DNA of 64,000 nucleotides. Source: Flaccisagitta enflata. Taxonomy: Eukaryota. The translations under genes were made by a program, and so were the position numbers. Position 1 is the first letter of the stretch; each line of letters begins with the position of its first letter. Under the pieces are notes generated by a model. The model made no database searches, was not told where the DNA came from, and saw only the letters and a program-made list of their open reading frames with translations. Shown here in pieces: positions 1 to 14,700 of this stretch. The stretch is from contig OZ231126.1 of assembly GCA_965153355.1 (NCBI GenBank), positions 14,012,001 through 14,076,000 of the forward strand. Direction: 5' to 3'.

Positions 1-489
1 GTATGATTTGGTTTACAGACAATTTATATGGATTCGTGATCTCATTTGAGTAATATTCCGCTCTGACGAATCTTATCGGACTGAGCTATGAACCGATCGA
101 GCAATGAAGTGTCCCAACTGTGTCACTGCGCGCCGAATGTGTGAGATATAAAGACGCGCAGCGAAATCTATTTGTTTGATAGTGTGGCAATTTCTTAACT
201 ACCAATCATTGGCCGAAAAGAGAGAAATTGCCATTTATTGGGAAAACATAAGGACGATATGCCTCTCATAACAAGAAAGTGGTCAAAATTGCTCCTGAAA
301 TGAATTGATAGGTCACATTGAGATAAGTGATTAAGCTCTCAAAATTACATAGAAAAGATTATATGAGCAACATGTAATACCCAAAGACGCTAAAAGAAAC
401 AATCATCACCAAAAATTAGAGTTTTCTATTGATCTGTTATCAAAGAAGAACTTGACATTATCGCGCGGACGAAATAGTACAAATTACTC

Positions 490-709
490 TTTTTAGTCGC
501 GTGCTACGCGACTCTACACCCCGCTTTGTCGGTCCGTCCGTCGGTTCGTCCGTCAGTCCGTCGGTCCGTCCATCGGTCCGTCACACTTTACTTTTTTGGG
601 GTTTTCGCGGTCTTTGGCCTCACTGCTCCTGCCCAAATGATCAAGTGACCTCAAATACAGCTCCTGCCCACCCGCACGCGGCTGGGGTAGCCGTGTATCC
701 GGCCTTGTT
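490..709 (+). mobile_element. Short HINE/DINE-1-like element (representative of >30 copies)
   Basis: TTTTTAGTCGCGTG..CGCGACT head, (GTCY)n, 3' CCGTGTATCCGGCCTTGTT. Other copies at about 4769-4925, 8533-8720, 11141-11345, 20311-20490, 20787-20970, 21227-21446, 29057-29210, 51140-51312, 52600-52810 and 63467-63630. Confidence 0.8.
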
Positions 710-1036
710 ATTGAGTAAGGACAAAGTTTATAAGGACATAAGGCTTAAAGTTTGCCAAAATTCAGCCTCTAATTTAGAAAAAAATTTGTTTCGTATTCCA
801 AATTCAATCATTGCTGTGATAATTGCTAAAAGATATATTTTCAAAATTGAAAATAGTAATTATTTGTTTTTGTACATCCTTACGTCCTTAAAAACTGAAA
901 AGAGTGTAACAAATATTGATAGAATTGGTGCTTAGCGCTTTTCATAACACACCGAAAATCTTCATGTTGCATGACAAAGAAGGAAAAAGAAAATTGAGAA
1001 AAAGAAAAGGAGAAAAGAAGAAAAACGAGAGTGTGA

Positions 1037-1126
1037 ATGACGACGAGTATGGGGATGAAGTTCATCACCACGTTCATCCTTTTTGTTTTCGCGTTCTTTT
1101 GGTTGTACTTTTTTATATTTCATCAA
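1037..1126 (+). CDS. PGAP4: PGAP4-like exon 1 (signal anchor MTTSMGMKFITTFILFVFAFFWLYFFIFHQ)
   Basis: ATG, hydrophobic stretch, then GTAATG donor; phase 0 fits exon 2. Confidence 0.65.
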
Positions 1127-4100
1127 GTAATGAAGTTAATGCTTTAAAAAAATCTATTCAGAAAGTTGATTTTTGAATAATCAAATTTTTGCTCACCCCC
1201 TCTTAAAAGTTTGCCCAGTGTATATACAGCGCTTGGATTTTTTTGATTTTAAACAAGGCCGGATACACGGCAATACAGTCGCGGAAGGTCGGGCAGGAGC
1301 AGTAGTGCGAAAACCGCTCGGAATTTAACAAGCCCGACCGGGCAACGATGCGTCCGGGCTGTGTCTTAGCGTGTATTGATCATGTGACATACTGGAGAGA
1401 CAGATGGACGAACAGACGGGTGAAAAGACTCTCAAAACATGTTGGTTGATCATTTGATTCAGTGTCGGATCTCACCGTGGCCAAAAACAGCCGAGAAACG
1501 CGGTTTTTTGCACAGGCGTTACGGACGGACGGATGGACGGACGGACTGACGGACCAACAGACGGACAGACCCTCTTATAGAGATGCGTTCCTGATGGACG
1601 CATCTAAAAACGTTACGGGACGGACGGACCGACCGACGCGGCAAGGTGTAGAGTCGCGTGTCCGCGACTAAAAATGAGTACTGTAGATAATAACGCAAAA
1701 TGATGTTTTAAAAAAAAGTGCCACTCGCGACGTTTGGCGGCGTAATTCCCGGAATTTCTTTTACACGGAGATGAAGTCAAGAGAGGAAAAAATCGGCGAC
1801 ATAACAGCAGAGAATTATAGAAGGTTTGTAGGACCTGGAGCGGTTACTAAGTGATTATTTCTGATTTAATACGTAACTGTTGATCAGGGCAGGACTATGA
1901 CACTAAAATGACACCTGAATAAAATCTTTCTGAAACCTCTCCAATAGTTGGAGCTGCAAATACAGTGGAAACCCGATATAACGGTTTTGAAGGGACTATG
2001 AAATTTTGGTTGTTAAATCCGAATGTTGTTAAATCGAATTACCATTTTCAATGATTTTTTTATGAAAAAAAAAAGCAGAAGCAAAATCAAATAAGTGTAT
2101 ATATATATATGCTGAATGAATTTCAGTGGTTTAACTGTTCATGCAATTAGCAAACAGAGCGAGAGATTTACAGATACAGCCTTCGATATGCCTATTTTAA
2201 TTTATTTATGATGAATTACCGTTACTTTTCTAAAAAGCGCCCCCCTCCAAAAAGCGCCCCTCCTCTTTTTTTTCCTCAGCGTTATACTGTTCAAAAAAGA
2301 TGTAGACAGAAATATTGAGTTAAATGATATAATGATACAACACAATAAACCATTTTCATAGACTTTTTACAGATATATGGAACGAACATCTCTATTTTGA
2401 GTCAAATTTAGAATATTGGTAGCCTTTTATGAAAAAGATAGACTGAATGACAGTTCATTTACAATATAAAAGGGGCGCTCATTGGAGAGTGAAAATAGAA
2501 AGTCATATTTCGATTTCAAAAGCGCCCCTGGCTCTTTTTAGAAAAAATACAGTATTGCAAATAATATAAGTTTTTAGCTAGTAAAATATTGTGATACTTA
2601 TGTAAAAATCAATTTTGATTTAAATCTTTTTCAACAGAAATAAAAAAGATATTCATTTTTATTCCATTATTTTTGTATTTCTTATATTCTTTTTCCATGC
2701 AATTTTTTATTTGTATTGAATATTAGCTAAAACGATGAAAAATCATGAATAGATTCACTGTCAAATTAATCAAAATATACTTCAATACCATTAAATTAGG
2801 TGAAAATTTTCTATGGGACCAAAAAATAAAGCCTGTAAAACAGGTTTAGCTGTTAAATCAGGTGTTGTTATATCAGAAAAAATTAACATTGTAAAAACCT
2901 ATAAGATTTTGGGACCTAAGCATCATGGTTGCTAAATCAGAAGTGCTGTTAAATCAGGTGCCGATAAGGCAGTAGTCCACTGTATTTTTTTTTGTCGAAA
3001 ATGAATTTTTCTAATTTTCACGATCTTAGACTTAGGGAGCGAAAATTAAAAATCAAACGAATGATTGTTTTGTTTGTCCCAATCTGTATTTATGTGTTTG
3101 TTAGGACAGTTTACCATGACAAGAGCTGACGGGCGCAAACATCCCCAAATTCAGCCCAAGTTGGCATGAATTTTTTTGTCAGGTAATCTCTTCCATTCAA
3201 ACGATCATACACCGTCTTTAGATCGGACTGTGAAATGCAAAACCTTTATAGCTTCTAAACCACTAGGAAAAAAGTCATGAAATTTTCAGTGAATATTGGT
3301 GACATGTGACGGTTTTTTAATGTAAAAGCTCAGATCATAATATAGAAAAGGGGAGGTGGAAAAAAAATAATGAAAGAAAACCCATTTTTAATCAAGATAA
3401 ATTTTTCTTTATTTTCCTATGATGGAGTTGTCTTGATCTGCTTGAAATTGCTTTGCTTTTCCCTAAAAACTCTAGGATTTATTTTTGATGAGAGATGTTA
3501 ACCAATATATTATCAATTTGCTACATATTTTTAGAGAAGAAAATAGCACTTTTCAAAAAAACAGGTAAAAAAAAGCAATTTTGCCTAAAAATGGATGTTC
3601 TTTCAATATTTTGTTTTCCCCTCACCTTTTCTATTCTATGATCTGAGCTTTGACATGCAAAAACCGTCACATGTTACCAATATTCACTGAAAATTTCATG
3701 ATTTTTTTCCTAGTAGTTTAGGAGCTATAAAGGTTTTGCATTTCACAGTCCGATCCGAAGACGGTGTAAGTCAGTTGTTTTTTTATGGATTCAAGAAAAA
3801 TTGGTGACCGGAGTGTTCGGGTGTTTCAAAAAAAAAAAAAGAAGCAGGGGTGTATATTCTTGCATATCCCCCCCCTGTGAGGGGGGGGGAAATTAATCAA
3901 AGGGTTTGGAGATGGGGAAAGGAAGGAAGGGGGGAAAAAGAGAAAAAACAAAAATTTAAGGAAAATATTGATTTTGGCAGTACCAAATGATGAATCCTAA
4001 TTAGTACAACACAATTTAACACTATTTAAACCTAAAATATACAGTATTATTGCTTTAAGAAAATCATAGATTTAGCAACGCGATGCGACATGTCGCGGGG

Positions 4101-7100
4101 AAGGAAATCAAAGGCAGGGGGGGGGAAAATCAAAATCCGTGCAACCGTATACACCTGAAAAAAAGTATTTTTGATTAGATGATTGACATCAGGGTGTGTA
4201 AACAAAAGAATTTTAAGACCTTTAGCGTTTTTATTTTTTCAAATTTCATTTATCATCCGTTTTTTCCAAAACCCCTTTTCAGCCTCTAATTTGTATATTG
4301 CTGTGTGATTGATTTTATAACAGAATTATTGTTCTTAAGTATAATAAAGTAGTCATTCAAATATCTTGGTTCGATTTCTAGTTGGGATCATTAGGTAAAA
4401 ATTGTTTTTTTACCACCAAAATCATAAAAAGAAATAAAACTTGATATTCTTTGTTGAAGTTGTGGGTCTTATTTTCAACAAAACTAGGTGGAGACTTTGA
4501 AAGTATATATATTTTGAACAATCTTTAACTGAACTAAAAAAATGGAGAATGAAGGAAATTTGAGAAGAAAAAATATGCTAAAAGTCTTTAGATGTCTTTT
4601 TTGTCTATGCACCCTGATGTTGATGATCTGAACAAGGATACTTTGTTTTTCTTTTTTGACACACCCGACCGGAGTGTGGAGATTTTCATGGAGCATCTTT
4701 CCCTTCATACGCAACAAAATTGGCCTAGTCGTTTAAAAGTTTAGCCACTTAAAGATAGAAATAAGTTAAACAAGGCCGGATAAACGGCCAATACCAGTCG
4801 CGGACGGGTGGGCAGGGGCGGAAATGCGTATTTTAACACTTTCCAACACGATCACCACGGACCGACCGACGGACGGACGGACGGACGGACAAAGCCTCTT
4901 ATAGAGTCGCAAGTCCGCGACTAAAAAAAAAAACCAAATTTGATTTTTTTTTCTCAAATAATCCATCGTTTACCTATAAATGATGTGGCAAGATCCAACA
5001 TAATTAGGTAGAATAAAAGATGCTTCTGGAAGCTTTTAATCTTGAACGATCCATTTTAATAACCAAGGGTAACTGTTTCAGAACATTGACTTTCCTTTTT
5101 AGTCGTGTGCTACGCGACTCTACACCCCGCTTTGTCAGTCTGTTGGTCTGTCGATCCATCCATTGATCTGTCACACTTAACTTTTTTTCATACTTTTAAG
5201 TCATTTTAAGTTATTCAAAGTCATTCTAAGTTATTCTAAGTTATTCTAAGTTATTCTAAGTCATTCTCAGTCTTTCTAAGTCATTTCAAGTCATTTTAAG
5301 TCATATTAAGCTACATTAAGTCACTTTAGTCAATTTGGTCAATTTAGTTGTTTAAGTTTAAGTCTTTTTAAGTCAGTCCAAGTCATATTAAGTCATTTTA
5401 AGTCATCTTGAGTCATTTAAAGTCATCTTAAGTTATCTATGTCCCATACGCAACCTATAGATGTTGGCCTTGTTTTCTTATCTCACAGGCATGAGTAAAA
5501 TTTGTTTGTCCACATCATCAATTTAAAGTAGACTGAATATCTAAATGTGATGTTTGGTTTATTCATAGTTGCGTGCACGCGACTGTACAACCCACTCCGT
5601 CGGTCAGTCTGTTGGTCCGTTCGTCCGTCGATCCGTCGGTCGGTAACACATAGCTTTTTATGCATTGTTTTTGGTCATTTTGGGTCGTCTGAAGTTATTT
5701 TGAGTTATTTTTTTGTTGTTTTTGGTCATTTTTGGTTGCTTTTAGTCATTTTTGATGGTTCTAGATCATTTACATCACTCGGTCGGTCCATCAGTCGGTC
5801 TATTGGTCGGTAACACTTTTCTTTTTTGTGTCGTTTTTTTGTCATGTTGGGTTGTCTGGGGTTATTTTGAGTCATGTATTTGTTGTTTTTGGTCATTTTT
5901 GGTTGCTTTTAGTCATTTTTGGTCATTTTTGATCATTTACGTCACTTTGTTCATTGAGGTCATTTGTGTTGTTTTTAGGCATTTAAAGTAGTTTTAAGTC
6001 ATATTAGGTCATTTTGGGACATATCAGGTCATTTTTGGTCATTTAACATGGTTTTTTGGTATGTTTTGGTCATTTATGTTTTTTAGTGTTTTGGTTTTTG
6101 GTTTTTGGTTTTTGGTTTTTGGTTTTTGGTTTTTTGGTTTTTGTTCATTTAACATAGTTTTTTGGTATGTTTTGGTCATTTGTGTTTTTGGTCATTTGTG
6201 TTTTTGGTTTTTGGTTTTTGTTTTCTTTTTTTTTTGGTTTTTTGGTTTTTTGTTTTTTTGGTTTTTGGTTTTTGTTTTTTTTTTGTTTTTTGGTCATTTA
6301 TGTTTTTTGGTATGTTTTGGTCATTTATGTTTTTTGGTATGTTTTGGTCATTCATGTAATTTCAAGTCTGCTAGTTTAGGTCTGCTGGTTTAAGTCTGCT
6401 GGTTTTAGTCTGCTGGTTTTAGTCTGCTGGTTTAAGTCCGCTGGTTTAAGTTGGCTGGTTTAAATCGGCTAGTTTAGGTCGGCTGGTCTAAGTCGGCTGG
6501 TTTAAGTTGGCTGGTTTAAGTTGGCTGGTTTAAGTTGGCTGGTTTATGTTGGCTGGTTTAAGTTGGCTGGTTTAAGTTGGCTGGTTTAAGTCTGCTGGTT
6601 TAAGTCTGCTGGTTTAAGTCTGCTGGTTTAAGTCTGCTAGTTTAAGTCTGCTGGTTTAGGTCTGCTGGTTTAAGTCTGCTGGTTTAAGTCTGCTGGTTTA
6701 AGTCTGCTGGTTTAAGTCTGCTGGTTTTAGTCTGCTGGTTTAAGTCTGCTGGTTAAAGTCTGCTGGTTAAAGTCTGCTGGTTAAAGTCTGCTGGTTAAAG
6801 TCTGCTGGTTAAAGTCTGCCGGTTTAAGTCTGCTGGTTTCAGTCTGCCGGTTTAAGTCTGCTGGTTTAAGTCTGCTGGTCATTTTATTCAGTTCTTATAT
6901 TTCTCCCTATTCAGTCATGTTGATTAAAAAGATACAATAAGGAGTCAGGTCAATTCAGTTGTTCATGTCTCTCACGCGACTTATAGGTGTTGGCCTTGTT
7001 TTTTGTAAAGGCACTTTTTGTGTTTTTGCACTCCTTTTTGAACAGCTTGAATCATAGATACCGTATTTCCTGTAATTAGCGCCCCGGGCGCTTTTGAAAT

Positions 7101-10100
7101 TCAAATGAAATATCGTCATTTTCAACCTGCAATTAGCGCCCTCGCGTACACTCATGTATATATGATTTTAAATGAAACGTAATGTTTTGGACAAAAATTT
7201 CATATTTCAAATCAATGAAGCACTAAAACAAAGAATATTTTCATATTGCATACCATTTTTTTACTTTTTGTTTCATTAAACAACATGATTTACAATAAAT
7301 TTGAAAAGATTTTTCCCTTAAATAAAAGTCTGTCATGAGCTTTCTCTTTCTTCAAAAGGGGGGGGCGCTAATTAGAGGGGGGGCGATAAATGCAGGAAAT
7401 ACGGTATTCAAAATATGTTTCATTCGCAACAAATCTGGATATTGTACCACAACATGTGTAAAAATGAGTGCCACTGAGAGAGCCTAAAAGAGGGGTATTA
7501 GACTGTATCTCTCATCAATTTTGATTTTTTTTTTCTTAAGCTCAAGCGGTAAGCCAATAACGCTTTCTTATGAAAGGGACAATAAGTTAACATTTTACCT
7601 TTTTGATTTTCATTTGTCTTCAATGTCTAAGCAAATAGTTTCCTTATACAGGGTGTTTCAAGTGAGTTGTAACATAAAGAATCAACATATCTTTGCTTCT
7701 AGGTACTCAAATTAATTTCTGAAAAAAGATCTAAAAAGATCTTGGTCTGCAGTTTTAGCATGCAAAATTTCATGATAATCGGACTACTCATCTAGATGCC
7801 ACATATCTTTGAAGAACATATGTGATTTCTGACCTCATCAATTTTTATTTTTGACTCGTTATTGTACTTTGGAGTAGCTGTCTTTAATTGTGTGCCATTT
7901 TTCATCAAATTGAGCTAGAACTGTGAGATTGGTCTCAAAGGACAGATTTTTTGTCATAGATTCTAGATCTCCTAAAAAATTTGGAAGTTTATCATTATTT
8001 GCGACTGTTTTTATTGAGCGTTTTGAAAATTGCAATCAAAACCTTGATGAGGTTTGACTAAAATCATTGAAAAAGTTTTCAAATGTTCATAGTTTCCCTG
8101 ATTTCAAAGCAGTTGAGCAATCTATGTTCAAATATCCTTCATTTGAGACCAATCCCAGGATTCTAGATTAATTAGTTTAAAAATGGCAAGCAGTTAAAGT
8201 AAGCAACTGCTAGGTGCATCTATAAAAAAGATGAATTCATACCAAAAATGGTTTTTCTTTTGATTTTTTACTGACACGCATCTATCAATTACTAAAACTT
8301 GAGGTTTTGTATGAAAAAACTGCAGACCAAGATTTTTTTAGATCTTTTTTCAGAAATTAATTTGAATTCCTAGAAGCAAAGATATGTCGATTCTTTATGT
8401 TACAACTCACTTGAAACACCCTGTAATTAAGCATATGAAGTTGTTATGAAGACAAAATTGACAGTAAGAATTGCGGCGATATTTGAATTCTAGTATGACT
8501 GCTCAGAAATGAGAGCAAATGAAAAAAAAAACTTTTTAGTCGCGTGCTACGCGACTCTACACCCCGCTTTGTCGGTCGGTCCGTCCGTCCGTCACACTTT
8601 ACCTTTTCGGTGTTTATGGGGTTTTTGGCTATACCGCTCCTGCCCAAATGCTCCACTGACCTCAAATATGGCCCCTGCCCACCCGCACGCGACTGGGGTA
8701 GCCGTGTATCCGGCCTTGTTTGATAAAAAAAGAAGATAAGAGCTTGAGCTATAAGTACTCATTCTACCTTAAATTGATGCTGTCTACAAATTATTTTGAC
8801 TGTAGAAGGCCTATAAGATTTAGATGCAACAAGACCAATACCTCGCTTGCAGGACTTGAATAACTAAAGAAGACTAAAATTGACTTTATATGACTCAAGA
8901 TGACCAAAAATGACTTAAAAAGACTTAAGATGATTTAAATGATTATATTGACCTGATTGACATAAGTGACTTAATATGACTTAAAATGGCTTAGAATAAC
9001 CTATATTCGCATTTGGGAAAAAATGTGAGCCCAAAAAGCTTAAAAATGCGAAATAATTAATCATCTCATTCTCAAGGCTTAGATCCCAACCTCGAAGCTC
9101 AAATCTCAACCTCAAGCCTCAAATTACTATCTCTAGCACTAATTCTAAGTATCCTTGGATGGACAGCATGATTTTTTAAAGAGAAAAAATCCTATGTTCA
9201 ACCTCAAAAAAATTTGATTTCTAGGAGGTACCTTTGCCAGTTTTCAGATTACTTAATTAACCTTGGAGTAGTTCATCTAGCTGCTTAAATTTAACTTTTT
9301 TGGATCTTACCAAAGGCTTCAGTGGGCTGATCAATGGAAGAAGAAAACTCAACCTGAACTAAATCAACGTAAGTATTTGCACATATTGAACTGTACAGTT
9401 GGGTGTTTCAAAAAAAAATATTTTTGATCAGATCGTCGACATCAGGGTGAGTAAACAAAAGAATTTTAGGACCTTTAGCGTTTTTATTTTTTCAAATTTC
9501 ATTTATCTTCCGTTTTTCCCAAAACCCCTTTTCAGCCGCTAATTTGAATATTGCTGTGTAATTGGTTTTATATCAGAATTATTGTTCATAAATATAATAA
9601 AGTAGCCATTCAAATATCTTGGTTCGATTTCTAGTTGGGATAAGGTAAAAATTGTTTTTTTACCACCGAAATCATGAAAAGAAATAAAACTTGATATTCT
9701 TTGTTGAAGTTTTACGTCTTATTTTCAACAAAGCTAGGTGGAGACTCTGAAAGTATATATATTTTGGACAATCTTGAACTGCGCTAAAAAAATGGAAGAT
9801 GAAGGAAATTTCAAAAAATAAAAATGCTAAAAGTCTTAAAATTCTTTTGTCTATGCACCCTGATGTTGATGATCTGATCAAAGATACTTTGTTTTTTTTT
9901 ACACACCCTTCTGTACAGTAACCACCCCAATCAAGAGATTATTGATATATTCTACGTTTGTCAGCCAAAAAGTGATGACAATAACATGACTACTTATCAA
10001 TCACTTTCATTGAATATGCATCCGCGTCGCACAGTTTGTAATTGTGGGGAGATTCTAATAGCAACGGGGCCACTATTCCCTTTTGCGCCCAACAGGTTTA

Positions 10101-11691
10101 AATGCGCCTGTGAAGGACATGTTGGATATTATCATTATTACAACTCCACGCCCGGGAAATTTCAAAACTTTGACTCAAACTGCGACACGTTTCAAGGAAT
10201 TGATTCAGATTCAACGTTTCTTTCGGTCACGTGTAGTTCTCTGCGACATTTCGGAGTCAAACTCGTGGTCAAAAACAACGCTGTCAATGTCATCATCCCC
10301 TGCATCATCAGCATCCTCTGCATCGTCATCAACCACGTCAAAAACAACTTTTATGTCCGCGACTTCTGTACCCTCAGCATCAACCTCATCGAGTTTGGAG
10401 CCATTTGAATCATTTGAAGATGAAGTAACTCAACTTGAGAAAAGATTCGGGATTATGACAGTCAGAAAAAATACCGAGAAAAACAACAAAAACAAAAACA
10501 ATAATAACCATGCTGATAACGACAACAACAATTACAGAGTCAACATCTTTGAGAAGGAGAAAATTGACTATATCTTCTGTCTTAATGCAACATTAGACAA
10601 AAATTACGACAACCTCAATAACAACAAGAGCGAAACTTCCTCATCATCTGTCAGTGACTTTGTTCTTTTGGTGGAAGACGATGCGTATCCACACCAAGGC
10701 ATTTTTACAGTTCTCCATAGTGTAATAATATCTGTATCTTGATTATTCAAAAAATCTACTATTAATAAGTTGCACTTTACTCTCTTCAGACTACATATGT
10801 GACATTCGGATGTGTTAATATGCAAAAGTATTTTTGTTCAGATCATAAACATCAAGGAATTCAAAGAATTCAATGACTTTTAGCGTTCTTATTTTTTCAA
10901 ATTTCATTCATCCTCCATTTTATTAGCGCAAAAAAAGATAGTCAAAAATATATTCATTTCCAGCATCTGCACCTAGTTTTGGTGAAAGTAAGACCCATAA
11001 TTTAAACAGAAAAAATTTGTTATTGTCTTTTTTTATAACTTTAGTGATAAATGAACAACTTTTACCTTGTTGCAACTAGAATTAGCACAAAAACATTTAT
11101 GGGTTTAAATTTGATTAAATTCAAAAGCAATGTTACTGATAACAAGGCCAGATACATGGCTACCAAAGTCGCGTGCGGTGGGCAGGGGCCATATTTGAGG
11201 TCACCAGACCGTTTGGGCAGGAGCAGGGAGGTCAAAGTAATAAAATCATAAAAAAAAGTGAAGTGTGACCGACCGACCAACTGACCAACCAACGAACCAA
11301 CCGACGGACAAAGCGGGTTGTAGAGTCGTGTGCACGCGACTAAAAACAAATTAGCAGGTAAAAAAAGGTTTTTGAAAAAAAATGGATGATGAATAAAATT
11401 TGAAATCATAAAAGTCTTAGGATTTAATACCTCATGCCTTATGCTGCCTAAAATTGATGGTCTCACCAAAAAACCTTTTGCGTATTGACACACCAGAATG
11501 TGACATGGACAATCAAACTGTTTGAAAACTACCAATAAAGGCGCATATCGCCGACTGGAAAAAGTCATAAACTCGGGAATTTTTTCATTTGTCAAGTCAT
11601 TTTTTGTCATGAACATGTTTGTCCATCCATCTGTGAGTTGGTCCATTCGTTTATCACATCGAAATGTGCATTTTTGGTGCTGCGTTTATGA

Positions 11692-11761
<70 letters not shown>

Positions 11762-14700
11762 GTTTGGGTTTGACTTTTCTCTTTTCAGATCCATCCTTGC
11801 GTCTCTATAATTGGCTGTGTCTCCGTTGGTTGGTTGGTCTTTTGATTGGGTAATGCATTCATGAAAAACATCAGAATCTTGCATATTTCTTCTGAAAAGT
11901 GGTACCAACTCAGTAAAAGTAGCATATCATTCTTAGTAGCATAGTAGCATATCATTCATCCATTCATAAACAACATTCATTCATTGGGAAAAAATCAAAA
12001 AACGTTTTTCAATTTTTTGAGTTTCACTTAGGAATCAATTTTTTCCATTTTCACTTAAAGCGTTTTTAGTAAGTTGGGTTCTGACTAGGCTGGGGTTGAA
12101 ATTGCAACAGGGTGAAAGAGGGCACTTTTTACACCCTCTGGAAAAAAATCAGGGCACTGTCGGACCAATACTTTAGGCGCTATGAATTTTTTAATCTTTT
12201 TTTATTTTTTCACATTTTCTGCATTTTTCTCAAAGATTTTTATTTTTCATCGATCTCAATTTTGGGCCCTAAATAACAACAAATATGAGTTCAGCAGAGG
12301 GCAGAGGGAGGGAGGTGGAGTGAGGAAGGGAGGGGAGGGAAGGAGGGAGAGTGGTAGAAAGAGGGAGGGGGAGGGAGGGAGGGGAGGGATGGAGAAGGAG
12401 GGAGAGGGAGGGAGGGAGGAAGAGGGAGAGAGGGAGGGAGAGAGAGGGAGGAAGAGAGGGAGGGAGGAAGAGGGGGAGGGACATGGAGAGAGCGGGTGGA
12501 AGGGGGAGGGGGGGGGAGGGAGGGAGGGAAAGATTAAGAGAGGGAGAAGGAGGGAGGGAGGGAAAGAGGGATGGAGAGAAGGAAGGAGAGAAAGGGAGGG
12601 AGAGAGAGGGAGTGAGGGAGGAAGATAGGGTGGGAGCGAGAGAGGGAGGGAGTGAAGGAGGGAGATGAGGTGTGAAAGAGAGGGAGAGGGAAGGAGAGGG
12701 GGGAGGGAGGGGAAGGGAGAGGCAGGAAGAGTGAAAGGGAGAGGGGAAGGAAAGGGAGGGAGAGAGGGAGGGAGAGAGGGAGGGAAAGAGGGAGGGAGGG
12801 AGAGAGGGAAGGAGGGGGGGAGGGAGGGAATAGGGGAGAGACAGGGAGAAATAGGGAGAGAGAAGGAGAGAGAGGGAGAGAGAAGGGGGGAGAGAGGGAA
12901 AAAGAGGGAGAGGGAGAGAGAGAGTGAAAGACAGACAGACAGACAGATAAACAAACAACCAACCCAAAAAACAAAAACCATTTTACGATTTTTTTCCGGT
13001 CGGCGAGAGCCGCCTTTACTGGTAAAAAACAATTTTTCATAAGAAGACACTCATCAAAATCATTCATTCAAATAAAACATTAATTAAACAAGGCCAACAC
13101 CTATAAGTCGCGTGCAGGACAAAAATAACTGAACTGACCTGACTCCTTATTGTATCTTTTTATCAAAAATCAGACTTAAACCAGACCCAAACCAGACCCA
13201 AACTAGACTCAAACCAGACTCAAACCAGACTCAAACCAGACTCAAACCAGACTCAAACCAGACTCAAACCAGAATTAAACCAGACCTAAACCAGACCAAA
13301 ACCAGACCTAAACCAGACCTGAACCAGACATAAACCAGACATAAACCAGACGTAAACCAGCCCTTAACCAGACCTAAACCAGACCTGAACCAGACCTGAA
13401 CCAGACCTGAACCAGACCTGAACCAGACATAAATCAGACATGAACCAGACTTAAACCAGACTTAAACCAGACTCAAGCCAGACTCAAACCAGACTTAAAC
13501 CAGACTCAAACCAGACTCAAACCAGACTCAAACCAGACTCAAACCAGACTTAAACCAGACTTAAACCAGACTTAAACCAGACTTAGACCAGATTAAAACC
13601 ATACTTAAACCATACTTAAACCAGGCATAAACCAGACTAAAACCAGACTTAAACCAGACTTAAACCAGACTTAAACCAGACCCAACCAGCAGACTTAAAC
13701 AAGCAGACTTAAACCAGCAGACTTAAACCAGCAGACTTAAACCAGCAGACTTAAACCAGCAGACTTAAACCAGCAGACTTAAACAAGTAGACTTGAACCA
13801 GCAGACTTAAACCAGCAGACTTCAACCAGCAGACTTCAACCAGCAGACTTCAACCAGCAGACTTCAACCAGCAGACTTAAGCCAGAAGACTTAAACTAGA
13901 AGACTTAAACCAGCAGACCTAAACCAGCACACTTAACAGGGTGTGCATAAAGTTTGGCAAAAACATTAAAGCACAAAAACCACACTTTTTGATGGCCCAG
14001 TAACACAAAATTTGAGCTGTAGCCTCCTAATTAGTTTTACTAGATGATAGAATGTGCAGTTTTTCATAAAAACAATCTTGGTTGGCAAAAGAATGAATTA
14101 TGCTCTAGTCAAATTTTCTTATTTCACAGAATTTTTACCAGTAAAACAAAGCTGAGGATATCCATCATTAAGCTTAATATTACATCCTAATAAGTATCCC
14201 AAAGTGGTCAATTCATTGAGGGGTAATCATCAAAGAAGCAGTACGGTCATTCTGACTCAAAATTGGCTCAAAACAATTGTAAAAAATCAACTAAAACAAT
14301 ATAAAAGTCACTATCAGTTTTGTTTTGTTCATCAGACCCCAGACCACCCTAAATTGACCTTTCCTCCCCTTTACTGATTTCAATTTATGAAGTCTTGCTG
14401 CCTGTAGGCAAATAGATTTATGAAAACAACATATCAAAGCTATATTTTTATAAAAAAATCATTTGAAAGCAGTTTGAAATTGTTCTTTATAAAATTTTGC
14501 CAAATTTTTTGCACAGCCTGTTAAACCAGCAGATTTAAACCAGCAGACTTAAACTAGCAGACTTGAACCAGCACACTTAAACCAGCACACTTAAACCAGC
14601 CAACTTAAACCAGCCAACTTTAGCCAGCTGACTTAAACCAGCCAACTTAAACCAGCTGACTTAAACCAGCTGACTTAAACCAGCCAACATAAACTAACCG

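Noticed and set aside
146-153. TATAAA as the PGAP4 promoter
   Set aside because: A lone motif in AT-rich DNA about 890 bp upstream of the ATG, with no supporting evidence.
916-1176. 86-aa ORF as PGAP4 exon 1
   Set aside because: Its phase does not fit exon 2; the overlapping frame from ATG 1037 gives a TM anchor and the correct phase.
9986-10408. Overlap of ORFs 9986-10408 and 10083-10742 as a frameshift or dual coding
   Set aside because: Explained by the 58-nt GT-AG intron at 10038-10095.
12182-13067. Long Gly/Glu/Arg- or Pro/Ser/Leu-rich ORFs, and the HTHT, CVCV, RERE and GHFW ORFs elsewhere
   Set aside because: Stop-free low-complexity or microsatellite DNA.
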